Assembly (NCBI GenBank): GCA_003343885.1
Contig: QAKH01000048.1
Coordinates: 72,779 to 136,778, forward strand
Reading direction: 5' to 3'
DNA: 64,000 bases
DNA from: Clostridiales bacterium
GTDB taxonomy: Bacteria; Bacillota; Clostridia; Oscillospirales; CAG-382
The position numbers were made by a program, and so were the translations under genes. The notes under the pieces were generated by a model. That model was not told the DNA's origin and made no database searches. It saw nothing but the letters and a program-made list of their open reading frames with translations. Shown one piece after another: positions 1 through 8,734 of this stretch; positions within the stretch are counted from its first letter, which is position 1; the number at the start of each line of letters is the position of its first letter.

Positions 1-453
1 CTTACTCCCGATATACTAAGGCGGCTTAAAGCTACTGTGACATATTTATGTACCAAAGGCGTTACTGATTTTCACGCCGGCGGAGCTCTGGGTTTTGATA
101 CGCTTGCAGCTATGCAGATTATAGATTTACGCCGCATGTATCAGGACATTCGGCTTATACTTGATTTGCCGTATAAAAATCAGAGTGTAAAGTGGAACAC
201 CAATCAACAAAGAATATATGATTTTATATTATCTGAAGCCGATGAGGTAAGGTATGTTTGCGACAGGGAGATTGACGACAGGTCTGAGGCTCGAAACCTG
301 CTGCTTTTGCGCAACCGTGTTATGGTGGAAAGCAGCCTTTACTGTATTGCGTATTTTTCCGGCAGAATAAAGAGCGGTACAGGATATACGCTTGCTTTTG
401 CTCAAAAAAACGGTTGTGAAATCATAAATCTGTATGATGACTTGGCGGAGTGA
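1..453 (+). CDS. SLOG / DUF1273 (YpsA-like) family protein, 5' end outside window
   Basis: Frame 1 is open from base 1 into the listed ORF 37..453. The GGALGFD ... PY..Q..W ... AD layout and size class resemble YpsA/DUF1273. Confidence 0.6.
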   Translation, partial: LTPDILRRLKATVTYLCTKGVTDFHAGGALGFDTLAAMQIIDLRRMYQDIRLILDLPYKNQSVKWNTNQQRIYDFILSEADEVRYVCDREIDDRSEARNLLLLRNRVMVESSLYCIAYFSGRIKSGTGYTLAFAQKNGCEIINLYDDLAE

Positions 454-554
454 ATAACTTTTCACCGGCAACCAGTAAAAAATTTTTAACCGTTCCGTGC
501 ATTATTTATATATGTCTTTTATATGGTATTAAAATTCAAAACTCATTAAAAAAT

Positions 555-583
555 TTGACATGACGCAATGATTTTGGTAGAAT
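555..583 (+). promoter_or_regulatory. sigma-A type promoter of dnaA
   Basis: TTGACA (555-560), 17-nt spacer, TAGAAT (578-583), 37 nt upstream of the dnaA ATG. GGAG RBS at 609-613. Confidence 0.6.
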
Positions 584-620
584 ATAATGTAAGCTAGTAT
601 TTTGCGAAGGAGACAAAAAA

Positions 621-2039
621 ATGAATTTGGGCGATATTTGGCTTCATGTAATTGATGCTCTTAAAACAAATCACAATCTTTCGGACATAACCGTCAACCT
701 TTGGTTTGACAGCATGGAAATGAAGGAACTCACAAGTGATACGGTATATTTGAGCACGGACAATGACATCAAGAAAAACATTATTGAGTCAAAATATGCC
801 GACATTATAAAAGAAGAACTGAAAAATATTCTTGGTTTTGAAGTAGAAATAGTAATCGTTTCCTGTGAAAATGAATCGTTTGAAGAACAGTACAAGCGTC
901 TTTCCTGCATGGAAAAAAGCGAACGGCTCAAACAGATAGAAAAAAAACTTGACGAAGAATCCGTTTCTGAGTCCTCAGAGTGTCCTTCAAGCCTTATCAT
1001 ATCCCCTTCTCTTCTTCCGGAATATTCACCGGAATATACATTTGACAGCTTTGTAGTTGGACATTCGAACGATTTGGCATATAATATGGCATTATCTGTT
1101 GCCAATCAACCGGCAATGGTTGCAAACCCGCTGTACCTTTACGGTTCCCCGGGACTTGGAAAAACGCATTTGCTTTATGCGATAACCAAAAAGATTTCGG
1201 AGCTTCACCCTGATTACACCATAATATACACAAAAGGCGAAGATTTCACTAATGAGCTTATCGCTTCCCTTGCGAACAAAACTCCTATTCTTTTTAGGGA
1301 GAAATACCGTAATGCAAGCGTACTTCTCATAGATGACATCCAGTTTATAGCTGGAAAAGAAACGATTCAGGAGGAATTTTTCCATACTTATGAAGCACTT
1401 TTTGAGTCGGGAAAACAAATAATCGTTACGTCCGACCGGCTGCCAAAAGACATCAAAACGCTTGAGGAACGTCTGCGTTCCAGATTTGAGCATGGTATTA
1501 TTGTTGACATTCAGCCTCCGGACATGGAACTCAGAGTTGCCATTTTCAAGAGAAAGGCTCAGAATTTGAAAATGGATGTTCCAAACGATGTTCTCATGTA
1601 TCTCGGTGAAAACATAAAAGACAACATCCGTCAGATTGAGGGAGCGCTGAAAAAAATGCGTGCGCTCGCCTTTGTCAACAGAACCGACATTTGCATGGAA
1701 TACGCAAAAGCTGCCGTCAATGACATACTTACTGCAAAAGCAAACATAATAACTCCGGAGAGGGTACTTACATACGTTTCCCAAAAATACAACATTCAGC
1801 CTGAAGATATCCTCGGAAAGAGAAAAACCGATGACATTGTGACTGCTCGTCAGGTAGCCATATATTTGCTGCGAGAGTTAACGGAAATGTCGCACGCTAA
1901 CATCGGTAAATTTTTCAACCGTGACCACTCTACCGTTGTTGCGTCTGTTAATAGAATAAAGGAACGCATGAAAGAGGATTCAAGCTTTGAAGCTCAAATC
2001 GATGAAATGATTAACGATATCAGTTCAATTGTTTATTAA
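621..2039 (+). CDS. dnaA: chromosomal replication initiator protein DnaA
   Basis: 472 aa. Walker A GSPGLGKTHLL, Walker B LLIDDIQF, sensor motifs, and a C-terminal DNA-binding domain (DHSTV ... VN) are present. The linker domain is acidic and Ser-rich. Confidence 0.95.
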   Translation: MNLGDIWLHVIDALKTNHNLSDITVNLWFDSMEMKELTSDTVYLSTDNDIKKNIIESKYADIIKEELKNILGFEVEIVIVSCENESFEEQYKRLSCMEKSERLKQIEKKLDEESVSESSECPSSLIISPSLLPEYSPEYTFDSFVVGHSNDLAYNMALSVANQPAMVANPLYLYGSPGLGKTHLLYAITKKISELHPDYTIIYTKGEDFTNELIASLANKTPILFREKYRNASVLLIDDIQFIAGKETIQEEFFHTYEALFESGKQIIVTSDRLPKDIKTLEERLRSRFEHGIIVDIQPPDMELRVAIFKRKAQNLKMDVPNDVLMYLGENIKDNIRQIEGALKKMRALAFVNRTDICMEYAKAAVNDILTAKANIITPERVLTYVSQKYNIQPEDILGKRKTDDIVTARQVAIYLLRELTEMSHANIGKFFNRDHSTVVASVNRIKERMKEDSSFEAQIDEMINDISSIVY

Positions 2040-2147
2040 CACCTGTTTGCGCTGTAAATATTATACTGTTTTTTTAGTTTGATTTTTTAGACCGATATTT
2101 TATACTGTTTACAGCTGACTGTTTTTGTTTTTTACGGAGGTTAAGAA

Positions 2148-4229
2148 GTGAAATACTTACCAAGGCTTGGAAATAAGCCGCTTCCAATGTCTCCGGACGA
2201 GCTTCCTTACGGAACTACGGTCGATTTCGTGTATGTAACGGGGGACGCATATGTGGACCATCCTTCCTTTGGCACTGCAATAATCGCAAGAGTCCTTGAG
2301 CACGCCGGATTCACGGTCGGCATCATCGCTCAGCCGGACTACAAAAACATGTACAAAGACGGAAGCGGAAAAGGCGTATGCGTATTCGGCAAGCCGAGGC
2401 TCGGTTTTTTAGTAAGCTCCGGCAACATGGATTCGATGGTTGCACACTATACAGCGGCCAAAAAGCGCCGCAGTGAGGACTACTACTCCCCCGGCATGAA
2501 AGCCGGTTTAAGGCCGGACAGGGCAGTAATTGTGTACTGCAACCGTATACGTGAAGCGTACGGCGATATTCCGATAATTATCGGAGGCGTTGAGGCGTCA
2601 CTCAGGCGTTTTGCGCATTACGACTACTGGGACGACCGTGTGCGAAGAAGTGTTCTTATTGATTCCGGTGCGGATATATTAAGCTACGGCATGGGTGAGC
2701 ACTCGGTAGTGCAAATTGCGCAGATGCTTGAAAAAGGTGTTCCGGTAAAAAAAATACGTGGTATCAGAGGTACAGTTTTTACTGCTGAACTTGATTACAA
2801 ACCGGAATTTCCGTTTGTAGACACTTTTAAATACGACGAGCTTAAAAATGACAAGAAGGCCTATGCGAAAGCTTTTCGAATACAGTACTCCAATCAAAGT
2901 CCTTGTGACGGCAAAGCGGTGGTAGAATACTATGACAACAAAAAATTAGTACAAAATCCGCCTTCCCATTTGCTTACACGTGAGGAAATGGACTGGGTTT
3001 ACTCACTGCCCTACACAAGAACCTGGCATCCAAGCTATGACGCACTTGGCGGAATTGCCGCGCTTAAAGAAGTTGAGTTTTCCATAACGCACAACCGGGG
3101 CTGTTTCGGAAGCTGTGCGTTTTGTGCGATAGCGTTCCACCAGGGAAGAAACGTTGTTTCAAGGAGCATTGAGTCGGTTGTGGAAGAAGCAAGACTGCTT
3201 ACAACGCTCAAAGGCTTCAAGGGATATATACACGATATCGGCGGTCCTACCGCAAACTTCAGGTACGGTCCATGCAAGGCGGTGCGTGACGGAGCACGCG
3301 GCGTTTGCAAGGAAAGGCGCTGCCTTGCTCCGGAGCCCTGCAAAAACCTTATCTGCGACCACAGCGAATACGTGGAGCTTCTTGAAAAGGTTGCGGCTTT
3401 GCCGGGAGTAAAAAAGGTGTTTGTCCGCAGCGGCGTAAGGTTTGATTACGCTGTATATGACAAGGACAGCACATTTATTGATGTATTGGTGCGAAAACAC
3501 GTAAGCGGTCAGTTGAAAACCGCCCCGGAACATGTTTCCGACAACGTGCTTTCATATATGGGAAAACCGAAAATTGCCGTATATGAAAAGTTTTGCGACA
3601 AGTATTTTGCCGCCTGCCGCAGAGCGGGACTTGAACAATATATCGTTCCTTATCTTATGTCCTCACATCCGGGAAGCACTTTGGACGATGCCATTGATCT
3701 TGCTTTGTACCTGAAAAAGCACGGCATACGACCGGAACAGGTTCAGGATTTTTATCCCACTCCCGGGACTGCCGCTACCTGCATGTATTACACCGGGCTT
3801 GATCCTTTTACAATGCAGTCGGTAGAGGTAACGCGCGACTATGGGCAAAAACGCATGCAGCGTGCGCTGTTACAGGCGTCAAGACCGGAAAATGCCGGGC
3901 TTGTTGAAAAGGCGATACGGCTTTCAGGGCGTGACGACGCAAAAATTTTACTGCCGCCGCAAATGCGGTACTCCGAAAAGCAACAACGCCGTAATACCGG
4001 GAAACAACAAAATGAGCGAACCAAAGGTAAGCACGTACAAGATAAGTGCCAAACTTACGGACGAAAAAGCGAAAAATCTTCCGGTATATCAAATAAAGGC
4101 AAAACCGGAAAGACAGTGAAAAACGGTGTATCCGGAAGGACTTCTCTTTCACCTTCAAAAGTTAATACAGGAAAAATGTATCAGGATAAGAACAAAAAAA
4201 CAGGACGAAGATACAACAGCGGCCATTAA
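2148..4229 (+). CDS. YgiQ-family radical SAM protein (UPF0313) with basic Lys/Gly-rich C-terminal tail
   Basis: 693 aa with a GTG start 7 nt after GGAGG. Carries the CxxxCxxC motif (GCFGSCAFCAI) and a typical YgiQ N-terminal domain. The last ~90 aa are K/R/G/Q-rich. Confidence 0.85.
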   Translation: MKYLPRLGNKPLPMSPDELPYGTTVDFVYVTGDAYVDHPSFGTAIIARVLEHAGFTVGIIAQPDYKNMYKDGSGKGVCVFGKPRLGFLVSSGNMDSMVAHYTAAKKRRSEDYYSPGMKAGLRPDRAVIVYCNRIREAYGDIPIIIGGVEASLRRFAHYDYWDDRVRRSVLIDSGADILSYGMGEHSVVQIAQMLEKGVPVKKIRGIRGTVFTAELDYKPEFPFVDTFKYDELKNDKKAYAKAFRIQYSNQSPCDGKAVVEYYDNKKLVQNPPSHLLTREEMDWVYSLPYTRTWHPSYDALGGIAALKEVEFSITHNRGCFGSCAFCAIAFHQGRNVVSRSIESVVEEARLLTTLKGFKGYIHDIGGPTANFRYGPCKAVRDGARGVCKERRCLAPEPCKNLICDHSEYVELLEKVAALPGVKKVFVRSGVRFDYAVYDKDSTFIDVLVRKHVSGQLKTAPEHVSDNVLSYMGKPKIAVYEKFCDKYFAACRRAGLEQYIVPYLMSSHPGSTLDDAIDLALYLKKHGIRPEQVQDFYPTPGTAATCMYYTGLDPFTMQSVEVTRDYGQKRMQRALLQASRPENAGLVEKAIRLSGRDDAKILLPPQMRYSEKQQRRNTGKQQNERTKGKHVQDKCQTYGRKSEKSSGISNKGKTGKTVKNGVSGRTSLSPSKVNTGKMYQDKNKKTGRRYNSGH

Positions 4230-4257
4230 TTTGCTAGATGAAAAGATAAGCGGAAGT

Positions 4258-4294
4258 TCAAAAAAGAGAGCGCTCATGCGCAGTGAGCACTCTC
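4258..4294 (-). terminator. intrinsic terminator after the DUF378 gene
   Basis: Hairpin at 4266-4294 (11-bp arms; the single mismatch is a G-U pair on the minus-strand RNA), followed on the minus strand by U6 (A-run 4260-4265). Confidence 0.55.
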
Positions 4295-4374
4295 CCTCTT
4301 CAAATAATATAAAATCTTTTAAATTTTAAAATTACTTTTAGTATTTTATATTTGCGTTTACTTTATTTATAAGC

Positions 4375-4593
4375 TTAAAGCTTTTCTTCTCCGTCGGTAA
4401 TAATATTTCTTTCACGGAACAGCAGGGATATGCACCAAAGTCCGGCAAGACCTACAAGGGCATATATAACACGGCTCACGATGTTGTCTTGTCCTCCGAA
4501 AAGCCAGGCAACGAGGTCAAACTGAAAAAGTCCTATACTTCCCCAGTTGAGCGCTCCGATAATGGTCAGAATAAGAGCTATTCTGTCAAGCAT
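4375..4593 (-). CDS. DUF378 domain small membrane protein
   Basis: 72 aa with two TM segments. GALNWG ... FDLV ... Y.LVG..G signature. GGAG RBS upstream. Confidence 0.75.
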   Translation of the reverse strand: MLDRIALILTIIGALNWGSIGLFQFDLVAWLFGGQDNIVSRVIYALVGLAGLWCISLLFRERNIITDGEEKL

Positions 4594-4791
4594 TTATTTC
4601 ATCTCCTTAATTGACTTCAATCAAAACAAGTTTTCCGTACTGCGGCAAATGCGTTTTTTAGTTCATACGGTACGAAGCAACTCATTTCGCCGATAGTATT
4701 TGCTTATTTAAAAATTTTATACATAAAATTGAGTTAATTGACTTTTGTAAAAAGTTGATTACTTCTGATTACACTTCACGAGGTACAGAAT

Positions 4792-5520
4792 ATGCGAATG
4801 AGAAAAAAGAAAAACGCTGCCAAAAGGCTTGACGCCTGCGCCGACATATTTATAGCAGATCCTGCTTCACAAAAAGGCGCTTGGAAAAAACTTTCCGGCG
4901 GACGTGACATCTATATTGAAATCGGGTGCGGAAAAGGCACTTTTGTTTTTGAGAACGCAAAAAGACACCCTGAGTTGTTCTTTGTGGCATTTGAAAAAGT
5001 AAAAGACGTTATTGTTATGGCAATGGAAAAAGTACATGCTGCAGCTCTTTCAAATGTACTGTTTGTTTGCGATGACGCAGAAAACATTACTGATTTTTTT
5101 GAGGAAAACGAAGTGAACGGTATCTATTTGAATTTTTCCGATCCCTGGCCAAAGAAAAAACATGCGAAGAGAAGACTTACATACATAACTTTTCTCGAAA
5201 AATACAAAAATATTCTCGTGGACGGCGGTAAAATATTTTTCAAAACCGACAACAGACAGCTTTTCGATTTTTCGCTCGAGCAGTTTGCGCTTGCCGGTCT
5301 TGAAATTTCCGACGTTACATACGATCTGCACAATTCCGAGTATGAAAGTGAAAACATTCATACGGAGTATGAGAACAATTTTTCCGCAAAAGGTTTTACA
5401 ATAAATCGTGCGGTTGCGACGGCTAACAAGAAAAATAATTTTGCGGATACCGGTCACGACATAGAAAATAACAAAACAAAATCAGATGAAATTTCCGACA
5501 GGAGTGAAAATAATGTTTGA
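4792..5520 (+). CDS. trmB: tRNA (guanine46-N7)-methyltransferase
   Basis: EIGCGKGTF SAM motif and FSDPWPKKKHAKRR motif. A ~35-aa C-terminal extension is present. Confidence 0.9.
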   Translation: MRMRKKKNAAKRLDACADIFIADPASQKGAWKKLSGGRDIYIEIGCGKGTFVFENAKRHPELFFVAFEKVKDVIVMAMEKVHAAALSNVLFVCDDAENITDFFEENEVNGIYLNFSDPWPKKKHAKRRLTYITFLEKYKNILVDGGKIFFKTDNRQLFDFSLEQFALAGLEISDVTYDLHNSEYESENIHTEYENNFSAKGFTINRAVATANKKNNFADTGHDIENNKTKSDEISDRSENNV

Positions 5521-7474
5521 TTACGTAAGAATTTCCTTGGCTGTACCTCGGCTTTGCGTCGGTTCAGTAAAAAAGAACCTCGAAGATATTCTTTCAAAGA
5601 TTGAAAAAGCGTATACTGCCGGTGCAGATTACATCGTCTTTCCTGAATTATGTCTTACCTCATACACGTGCGCCGATTTATTCTTTCAATCTTCTTTGCA
5701 AAATGAAGTAAAAGAAGCGCTTGAAAAAATCGCACAGGTCACCGAAAAAATCGACGCTGTTGTCATTGCAGGGGCTCCTATAAAAATTGATTCTCAGCTC
5801 TATAACTGTGCGGCGGTATTTTCCGGAGGCAGACTTTGCGCGGTTGTTCCCAAAACTTTCCTGCCGGTTTACAACGAGTTTTATGAAAAACGATGGTTTT
5901 CTTCCGCCTCTGATTTGAGAATTTCCGAAATAAATTCCTCAGATATCGGACTTTCCGCCTCCTACCCTGTTCCGGTTTCAAACAAGCTTGTTTTACAGGG
6001 AAGAAACGGCGAAAAATTCGGAGTCGAGATCTGTGAGGATTTATGGACGCCTATTACTCCCGGAACTCATTTGGCACTTGCAGGAGCGGAGATAATATTT
6101 AATCTGTCCGCAAGCAACGAAACAATCGGCAAGCGTGAATACAGAAGAAACATGGTAAAACAGCAGTCGGCAAGCTGTCTTTGCGCTTATGCTTACGTTT
6201 CCGCGGGCAGCAGTGAATCGACAACCGATCTCATATTCTCAGGTCACTCGGTTGTATGCGAAAACGGAAGCGTTATTTGCGAAAACGAGAACGTCATAGA
6301 TGACGACTACATAATGAACTGCGATGTCGATCTCGGCAAAATAAGAGCTGACAGGCTGAAGTACAAAAGTTTCAAGGACAGTGCGGCACAAGACGAAAAA
6401 GTACAGTCCGTGTTGCAAAAAAAAGTATATGCGCCGGTAACCCATCCGCGTACCGACGATTTCGCCGGACTTTTATATCCGGTTAAAAAACTGCCGTTCG
6501 TACCGGGAGACAAGGCTAAGAGAACCGAACGCTGTCTTTCAATTTTTGAAATGCAGGTTGCAGGTCTTGTAAAAAGGATGTCCGTAGCGGCGCAAAATGT
6601 TGTTGTAGGAGTTTCCGGCGGTCTTGATTCTACGCTTGCTCTGCTCGTGTGCGTTCAGGCAATGAAAAAACTTCGCAGACCTGTTACGAATGTCATCGGT
6701 ATTACAATGCCGTGCTTTGGCACAACGAGCAGAACATACAACAATTCTGTTTCGCTAATGAAAACGCTTGGCGTCACATTTAAGGAAATAAATATAAAAG
6801 AGGCTTGCCTTGCCCATTTTGCCGACATCGGACACGACAGCTCGGTTAAGGATATCACGTATGAAAACGTACAGGCAAGAGAGCGCACGCAGGTTCTGAT
6901 GGACGTTGCAAATGCCAACAATGCGATAGTGTGCGGAACAGGCGATCTCAGCGAGCTTGCGCTCGGATGGTGCACGTACAACGCCGACCATATGAGTATG
7001 TACGGAGTAAATGCCGGTATTCCCAAAACGCTTATTCGCTGGATGATTGAAAGCCTTGCCGAGGCTGATATTTTCAAAGGCTGTTCAGAAATTCTTCTCG
7101 ACGTTGCAGACACTCCGATAAGCCCCGAGCTTCTGCCTCCTGATGAAAACGGAAAAATCGCACAGAAGACCGAAGAGTCTGTCGGTCCCTATGCGCTGCA
7201 CGACTTTTTCCTTTACTATGTTCTGCGTTACGGCTTTTCACCTGAAAAAATTTATTTTCTTGCGTCCCGTGCTTTTGCCGGCGACTTTGACGGGCAGACA
7301 ATAAAAAAATGGCTTAAAAATTTCTATAAAAGATTTTTCACCCAGCAGTTCAAGCGCAGCTGTCTGCCTGACGGCGTAAAAATCGGAAGTGTTTGTCTCT
7401 CGCCAAGAGGTGACTGGAGAATGCCGAGCGACGCGAGTGCCGCAGACTGGCTTGAAAGAGTGGAAAAACTATAA
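5513..7474 (+). CDS. nadE: glutamine-dependent NAD+ synthetase (nitrilase + synthetase domains)
   Basis: N-terminal CN-hydrolase domain (VEICEDLW) and C-terminal VGVSGGLDSTL PP-loop. I chose the ATG at 5513 (RBS GGAGTG at 5501), which overlaps the trmB stop as ATGTTTGA. The track ORF starts at 5486. Confidence 0.9.
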   Translation: MFDYVRISLAVPRLCVGSVKKNLEDILSKIEKAYTAGADYIVFPELCLTSYTCADLFFQSSLQNEVKEALEKIAQVTEKIDAVVIAGAPIKIDSQLYNCAAVFSGGRLCAVVPKTFLPVYNEFYEKRWFSSASDLRISEINSSDIGLSASYPVPVSNKLVLQGRNGEKFGVEICEDLWTPITPGTHLALAGAEIIFNLSASNETIGKREYRRNMVKQQSASCLCAYAYVSAGSSESTTDLIFSGHSVVCENGSVICENENVIDDDYIMNCDVDLGKIRADRLKYKSFKDSAAQDEKVQSVLQKKVYAPVTHPRTDDFAGLLYPVKKLPFVPGDKAKRTERCLSIFEMQVAGLVKRMSVAAQNVVVGVSGGLDSTLALLVCVQAMKKLRRPVTNVIGITMPCFGTTSRTYNNSVSLMKTLGVTFKEINIKEACLAHFADIGHDSSVKDITYENVQARERTQVLMDVANANNAIVCGTGDLSELALGWCTYNADHMSMYGVNAGIPKTLIRWMIESLAEADIFKGCSEILLDVADTPISPELLPPDENGKIAQKTEESVGPYALHDFFLYYVLRYGFSPEKIYFLASRAFAGDFDGQTIKKWLKNFYKRFFTQQFKRSCLPDGVKIGSVCLSPRGDWRMPSDASAADWLERVEKL

Positions 7475-7552
7475 TTTTTTTCCTCTTGCAGAAAAATTAT
7501 GACTTTATAAATTAAAATGCTAAACTAACATAATATTATTTTTCTTGGTATA

Positions 7553-7588
7553 TTCAGCACGGTGAAATATTGCCGTGCTGAACTTTTA
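7553..7588 (+). terminator. intrinsic terminator after nadE
   Basis: TTCAGCACGG / CCGTGCTGAA 10-bp stem (7553-7562 / 7573-7582) followed by a CTTTTA tail. Confidence 0.7.
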
Positions 7589-7719
7589 TACCGGGAAAAT
7601 ACCGAATTTAAGGCTTTTGCAACCATTAGTTGCGGTATTTCAAAGTAAAATTGGTTGCTCCGCAACCGCGTTTAGGTTATACTTTTAGTACCAAAATAAA
7701 GTAAAGGGGTTTATAAGAC

Positions 7720-8343
7720 ATGAAATTCAGCGAAAAAATAATATGGTGCCGCAAAAAATCCGGGTTGTCGCAGGAAATGCTTGCCGAAAAGGTTGGCGTT
7801 TCGAGGCAGGCTGTCAGCAAGTGGGAAACCGGAGAAAGTGAGCCGGAAATATCAAAACTTAAAGTTCTTGCGGAAATTTTCGGTGTTACTGTCGACTGGC
7901 TGTTATCGGAAAGCGAAGAGCCGTATATTAACGAAAACAATTCAGACATCAGAATAGGTGAATCCGTACCCGGGCGGGACGATACTTATTTATCTGCAAA
8001 AGTGTCAACCGGATTTATAAAACGCCTTATACGCCGCTATGGCTGGCTTGCCGGTGTTTACATTGCGGTAATCGGAGTCATTTGGGCAGGAATGGGCGCA
8101 TTGGTAAAATACATTTCCGGCAAAATGCTGTCAGGGTTTTCCTCGGACTTTTTTAACGCCCCCACTTTCCCTGAATCCTCAGACTTTATTAACGCCCCAT
8201 CTTTCCCTGAGTCGGAGATGAACTTTTTTAATCCAGTTGACGTTTTCGGAAGCGTATTTATGGCAGTCGGAATTATTGTCGCTTGCATTGGGATAATTCT
8301 TGCTGTATATTTGAAGAAAAAAGGTGCGAAGGGGCAAAAATAA
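7720..8343 (+). CDS. XRE-family HTH regulator fused to a C-terminal membrane domain
   Basis: The N-terminal 65 aa form a typical Cro/C1 HTH (LSQEMLAEKVGVSRQAVSKWE). Two hydrophobic segments follow (WLAGVYIAVIGVIWAG and FGSVFMAVGIIVACIGIILAVYL). Confidence 0.8.
   Translation: MKFSEKIIWCRKKSGLSQEMLAEKVGVSRQAVSKWETGESEPEISKLKVLAEIFGVTVDWLLSESEEPYINENNSDIRIGESVPGRDDTYLSAKVSTGFIKRLIRRYGWLAGVYIAVIGVIWAGMGALVKYISGKMLSGFSSDFFNAPTFPESSDFINAPSFPESEMNFFNPVDVFGSVFMAVGIIVACIGIILAVYLKKKGAKGQK
8140..8211 (+). repeat. 2 x 36-nt in-frame tandem duplication inside the XRE-membrane gene
   Basis: Units 8140-8175 and 8176-8211 are identical at 31/36 nt. They encode SSDFFNAPTFPE / SSDFINAPSFPE. Confidence 0.9.
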
Positions 8344-8510
8344 CATCATTTAATAAAATAAATATAATCCGGCAAGCAGCCTGCCGACTGCAAAATCTGC
8401 GTTTTGTGAAAATTTGTCAGATAAATCTGCCAAAAAAATAAACATATAAGCAAAACAACCAATGCATTTTTGACTGCACTTCACGCAAACAAAAAATAAG
8501 ACCTTTACTA

Positions 8511-8539
8511 TTGACAGGAAGCCTTTATTATGCTATCAT
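8511..8539 (+). promoter_or_regulatory. sigma-A type promoter of the decarboxylase beta-subunit leader
   Basis: TTGACA (8511-8516), 17-nt spacer, TATCAT (8534-8539). Confidence 0.55.
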
Positions 8540-8546
8540 ATACAGG

Positions 8547-8712
8547 AAAATAATGCTTCCCGTAATAAAAGGGAGTAGCAGCGGGAAACCGTTGCAGGAG
8601 CGTCAGTACGGTTTGGACATTTCTATGAAAGCCTAAGCCCGCGCCTGCATGAAATGCGAGACTTTTATTGTGTAACATGGGTTATACGGTAAGGGCCTTA
8701 TTTTTTTTACAA
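8547..8712 (+). promoter_or_regulatory. structured ~190-nt 5' leader ending in a U8 tract (candidate riboswitch/attenuator)
   Basis: GNRA hairpin GCAGCGG-GAAA-CCGTTGC (8578-8595). A competing pairing exists: AAACCGT (8586-8592) with ACGGTTT (8608-8614). Further hairpins at 8646-8657 and 8670-8687. A closing helix 8634-8640 / 8693-8700 is followed by T8 (8701-8708). Confidence 0.45.
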
Positions 8713-8734
8713 AAAATGTAGAGGAGAAGAAAAA

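Noticed and set aside
1092-1784. 230-aa ORF antisense to dnaA. Similar long antisense ORFs occur at 671-1105, 3159-3533, 14378-14863, 15089-15571, 20706-21158, 33532-33924, 45995-46561 and 58208-58840.
   Set aside because: Each lies entirely inside a confidently identified gene on the other strand. They have no RBS or recognisable motifs and have odd composition, so they are shadow ORFs.
4126-4329. 67-aa ORF at the end of the YgiQ gene.
   Set aside because: It overlaps the YgiQ basic tail in another frame and crosses the terminator of the convergent DUF378 gene. It has no RBS.
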